From: Candidatus Latescibacterota bacterium
GTDB lineage: Bacteria; Latescibacterota; UBA2968; GCA-2709665
Length of the DNA: 64,000 nucleotides
Direction of reading: 5' to 3'
Assembly (NCBI GenBank): GCA_965237675.1
Contig: OZ250150.1
Span: 3,232,001-3,296,000, forward strand
Every line of letters begins with the position of its first letter. Position 1 is the first letter of the stretch. Below are positions 60,958 through 64,000 of the stretch, in pieces. A model generated the notes under the pieces. The model made no database searches and was not told the DNA's origin. It worked only from the letters and a program-made list of their open reading frames with translations. The translations under genes were made by a program, and so were the position numbers.

Positions 60958-62031
60958 ATGCGTATCGAGCGCATTGAGACGATTTCGCTCACCTGTTTCT
61001 GGGGGCCGTCCGAGAGGGGCGTCAAGCGGACCTGGCCCCTTCATCTTGTCCGGGCGGATAACGGGCTCGTGGGCATTGGCAGGGGTGGAAGCGCTGAATT
61101 GATCGAGCGTGAGTTCGCGCCGCTGCTTGTGGGTGAAGATCCTCGTCGACCGGCCAGGCTCTGGCAGCGGATGTACGATCACGCGTGGCGCTTTCGCGGC
61201 CCCGGCCGGGCCGCGATGGGCACGATCGGCGCGCTGGACGTGGCGCTCTGGGACTTATATGGCAAGGCGTGCGGCGAACCGGTCTGGCGGATGCTGGGCG
61301 GGTTCAGGAACCGGGTGGCCGCGTATGCGGACGGGATCGGCTATGAACATCAGAACGCCGAGGAAGTTGCCGCCCTGGTCAGAAAACACGCGGATCTGGG
61401 ATTCAAGGCCGTGAAGTTCCATCTGTCGGATGACGATCGCGAACTCGCGTTTGACAAAGTCAGATTGTCGCGCGAGGCCTTGGGCGACGGCCCGAGGTTG
61501 ATGATCGACATACACAGGATGTGGGAAGGAAAAACGGCGGCGGAGATGGCGCGCCGGTTTGAGCCCTACGGCTTGTTCTGGATTGAAGAACCCGTTCGAG
61601 GCGACGACGAAGCGGCGCATATGAGGATGGTGCGCGAGGCCACGGACGTGTTGGTCGCCGGCGGTGAGAGCGAGGGCACGTTGTATGGCATTCGGCATTT
61701 AATCGTCGATGGCGGGCTGCAGGTGGTTCAATCGGACATTATCGGCGGCGGCGGGTTCACGGGTCTGATGCGGATGGCGGCGCTGGCCGAGGCACATCAC
61801 GTTTATGTCGCGCCGCACGGGGCCTCCTTTCCGGAGATCAACTGCCACCTGATTGCCGCGGCGCCCAACGGGCTGATGGTTTCCGCATGCCCGCACACCG
61901 AGCCGTACCAGATCTGGTCGGACCTTTACGATCCCCCTTTCCAAATCGTTGACGGCGAGATCCACATGGGAGACGAACCCGGCCTCGGGCTGACGCTCAA
62001 CGAAGACTTCATCGCGGCGCATCGCACGTGA
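60958..62031 (+). CDS. Mandelate racemase/muconate lactonizing enzyme family protein
   Basis: ALDVALWDLYGK, KAVK, LMID, WIEEP, GGE, APH, PGLG. Confidence 0.9.
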   Translation: MRIERIETISLTCFWGPSERGVKRTWPLHLVRADNGLVGIGRGGSAELIEREFAPLLVGEDPRRPARLWQRMYDHAWRFRGPGRAAMGTIGALDVALWDLYGKACGEPVWRMLGGFRNRVAAYADGIGYEHQNAEEVAALVRKHADLGFKAVKFHLSDDDRELAFDKVRLSREALGDGPRLMIDIHRMWEGKTAAEMARRFEPYGLFWIEEPVRGDDEAAHMRMVREATDVLVAGGESEGTLYGIRHLIVDGGLQVVQSDIIGGGGFTGLMRMAALAEAHHVYVAPHGASFPEINCHLIAAAPNGLMVSACPHTEPYQIWSDLYDPPFQIVDGEIHMGDEPGLGLTLNEDFIAAHRT

Positions 62032-62378
62032 CGATAAGGACGCGAGTACGTCATATCGCGGGGATACACTACAACAGGCGGCTCAAGATGTTTTGTCTTG
62101 CATATTTCAAAGTCAGACAATCGATGTCGTTTTAGAAGTGAGAGGTTTGCAAGGTTGAGATTTCGGATTGGGATTGCCAATACATCCTGCGACGTTGGGC
62201 GCCCTGAACGAGTTTCTGTTCGCGTTGTGCGGACCGAGAAGCAGGATCGCCGCGGTAATAGTCAATCGGACAGAGATACTGAATCGCCCAACCTGGTCAC
62301 AGGTGGTTATAATACCTTTGCCATTGTCGCATAGAAGGCGGCGGCGCGTGGCAAGTATTGTGGGGCTGAGATAGACCG

Positions 62379-62560
62379 ATGAAGGTGAGAGAATTCATTC
62401 GGGTAATCGGGGATGATGGATGGTCCGTTGCCAAGTCGTGAGGCAATCACCGGTTGTACAAGAATCCGCGGAAGAAAGGTCGGGTGACATTACCTGGAAA
62501 GCCAATGAAGACTTGGGCGCCGACAATCGGAACAGTATCCTGAAGCAGTCGCAGCGTTCC
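62379..62560 (+). pseudogene. hicA: Inactivated HicA mRNA interferase toxin
   Basis: MKVREFIRVIGDDGWSVAKS*GNHRLYKNPRKKGRVTLPGK, then a frameshift into ...EDLGADNRNSILKQS. TGA at 62439; end approximate. Confidence 0.8.
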
Positions 62561-62575
62561 AAAACGAGGAAGGAC

Positions 62576-62791
62576 ATGAACAGGTACTTAATTGTCATCG
62601 AAGTAACGGAAACCGGATTTTCGGCATATTCTCCCGATCTCCCCGGATGCGTGTCCACCGGCGCCACACGGCAGGAAGTGGGAGCGAACATGAAGGAGGC
62701 AATCGAATTTCACCTCGATGGGTTGAAACAAGAGCACTATCCGATTCCGGAACCAACCGCGGAGTCGGTCTACCTTGAGGTACCAACATAA
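62576..62791 (+). CDS. hicB: HicB-family antitoxin (short form)
   Basis: YLIVIE..ETGFSAYSPDLPGCVSTGAT..E...NMKEAIEFHL. AGGA RBS. Confidence 0.9.
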   Translation: MNRYLIVIEVTETGFSAYSPDLPGCVSTGATRQEVGANMKEAIEFHLDGLKQEHYPIPEPTAESVYLEVPT

Positions 62792-62966
62792 GCACTGATG
62801 CGTCGATATTCCACCCGACGTCCATTACAATAATGCGTAACACCCGCGAAGCGCAACGAGGTTAGATAAGCCATGATAGGATTCGAGCATGTTTGCCCGT
62901 TCGGAAATTTGACAATCGCCGGTGGTGGTCTTTGTCTGAGCTGGAGTTGCAAGGAGGGTATCAAGA

Positions 62967-63167
62967 ATGGCAAATATAACTGAAATACAGCATGCAATCA
63001 TGGCGCTCCCTGAATCTGATTATCGTGAATTCAGACAATGGTTTAGCGAGTTGGACTGGAAGAAGTGGGACCGGCAGATCGAAGCGGATTCAAAAGAGGG
63101 CAGATTGGATTTCCTGATTTCAGAAGCCCTCGATGAGAAAGAAAAGGGTCGGCTCAAGGAACTGTAG
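62967..63167 (+). CDS. Small putative antitoxin
   Basis: IQHAIMALPESDYREFRQWFSELDWKKWDRQIEAD..GRLDFL. AAGGAGG RBS, abuts the toxin gene. Confidence 0.75.
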   Translation: MANITEIQHAIMALPESDYREFRQWFSELDWKKWDRQIEADSKEGRLDFLISEALDEKEKGRLKEL

Positions 63168-63422
63168 ATGCATCGAACAACACCCCGCTTCTGGATCCAA
63201 TTTGAGCGACTTCCGGAATCCGTGCAAAGGGTTGCAAGACGCAATTTTCGCCTACTTGAATCGGACCCAAGACATCCGTCTCTTCGTTTCCGAAAAGTCG
63301 GACGGTTCTGGTCCGTCCGCACGGGTCATGCTCACCGAGCGCTTGCAGTCGAAGATGGCGGAGTCTTTATCTGGATCTGGATTGGTAGCCACGACGAATA
63401 TGAGCGGCTGGTCGGGGGTTGA
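63168..63422 (+). CDS. RelE/ParE-like toxin
   Basis: TTPRFW...LPESVQ..A...F.LL..DPRHPSLRFRKV...WSVR....RAL......WIWIGSHDEYE. Confidence 0.82.
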   Translation: MHRTTPRFWIQFERLPESVQRVARRNFRLLESDPRHPSLRFRKVGRFWSVRTGHAHRALAVEDGGVFIWIWIGSHDEYERLVGG

Positions 63423-63537
63423 ACCGACCTCGGACGGATTAACGGCGAGCGCCGACCCATATGGAAATCGGATTGACCAGATCCACGGCGTTTTGGATTC
63501 TTTAAACGCCATTTCAATGTCTTCGGAGCCGCAACGC

Positions 63538-64000
63538 ATGAGCAGGCCAGGTCAGTTGGAACGCGCCGAACTGAATGAGGAGCAGGCGCGTATCTACGAC
63601 GCCATCCTCGAATCCAGGGGCAGCATCGCCGGGCCTTTCGGAATCTGGCTGCACAGCCCCGAGTTGGCCGACCGCGCCCAGAGTCTGGGTGAATTCGTGA
63701 GGTACCGCACCAGTCTCGCGCCCAGACTCAGTGAACTGGCGATCCTTGTCACCGCGAGATTCTGGGATTGTCAGGTGGAGTGGTCCCTGCATGAACCCTT
63801 CGCTATCGAGAGCGGTTTGAGCGAGGATATCATCGACGCGGTCCGGCACGGACGGGATCCCGATTTCGGTGAAGCCGCCGAACGCGCCGTTTTCGACTAC
63901 GTCAGCGAATTGCTCCACAATCGGTTTGTCCCGGATGGCGCATTCAACGCCGCCCAGGAAGCGTTGGGCAAGACCGGCGTTGTGGAGCTGACGGGGATTG
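63538..64000 (+). CDS. Carboxymuconolactone decarboxylase/AhpD-like protein, 3' end outside window
   Basis: Read manually (absent from the ORF track): MSRPGQLERAELNEEQARIYDAILESRGSIAGPFGIWLHSPELADRAQSLGEFVRYRTSLAPRLSELAILVTARFWDCQVEWSLH. Confidence 0.85.
   Translation, partial: MSRPGQLERAELNEEQARIYDAILESRGSIAGPFGIWLHSPELADRAQSLGEFVRYRTSLAPRLSELAILVTARFWDCQVEWSLHEPFAIESGLSEDIIDAVRHGRDPDFGEAAERAVFDYVSELLHNRFVPDGAFNAAQEALGKTGVVELTGI

Noticed and set aside
62439-62441. In-frame TGA in hicA as selenocysteine
   Set aside because: The position is normally Arg/Lys (probable CGA to TGA change), and the gene also has a frameshift.

Overview
GC-rich bacterial window with five parts. (1) 1-2945: the end of an NHL-repeat gene, a TlpA-like redoxin, a beta-barrel-like gene whose signal peptide is separated from the body by one in-frame TGA followed by a SECIS-like hairpin (candidate selenoprotein), and a SAM methyltransferase. 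(2) 3137-15853: a methylated-amine cluster with mgsC/glxD, an unknown protein, an acyl-CoA-dehydrogenase-fold protein lacking the usual catalytic Glu, tdm, a flavin reductase, amt, fhs, a small membrane protein, gmaS and an Nramp-like transporter. (3) A minus-strand cluster (DegT aminotransferase, heparinase II/III-like protein, hydantoinase B/A, membrane protein, PHP hydrolase) interrupted by a ~19.6 kb defence island. The island is bracketed by ~0.9 kb near-identical direct repeats and has no integrase. It carries IS1182, type ISP R-M and SSB relics and a type 3 BREX system. The BREX pglXI gene is split by an IS1380 (TTAG duplication), and an extra AAA/DUF3696-type ATPase plus an uncharacterised partner gene are nested between pglXI and brxHII. 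(4) 49683-55891: rhodanese, MauE/DoxX and two CRTAC1/ASPIC-UnbV proteins. (5) Transport and metabolic genes, a dead hicA with hicB, and a RelE/ParE-like toxin-antitoxin pair. No rRNA, tRNA or CRISPR array was seen. All family calls come from motif recognition; no database search was run.
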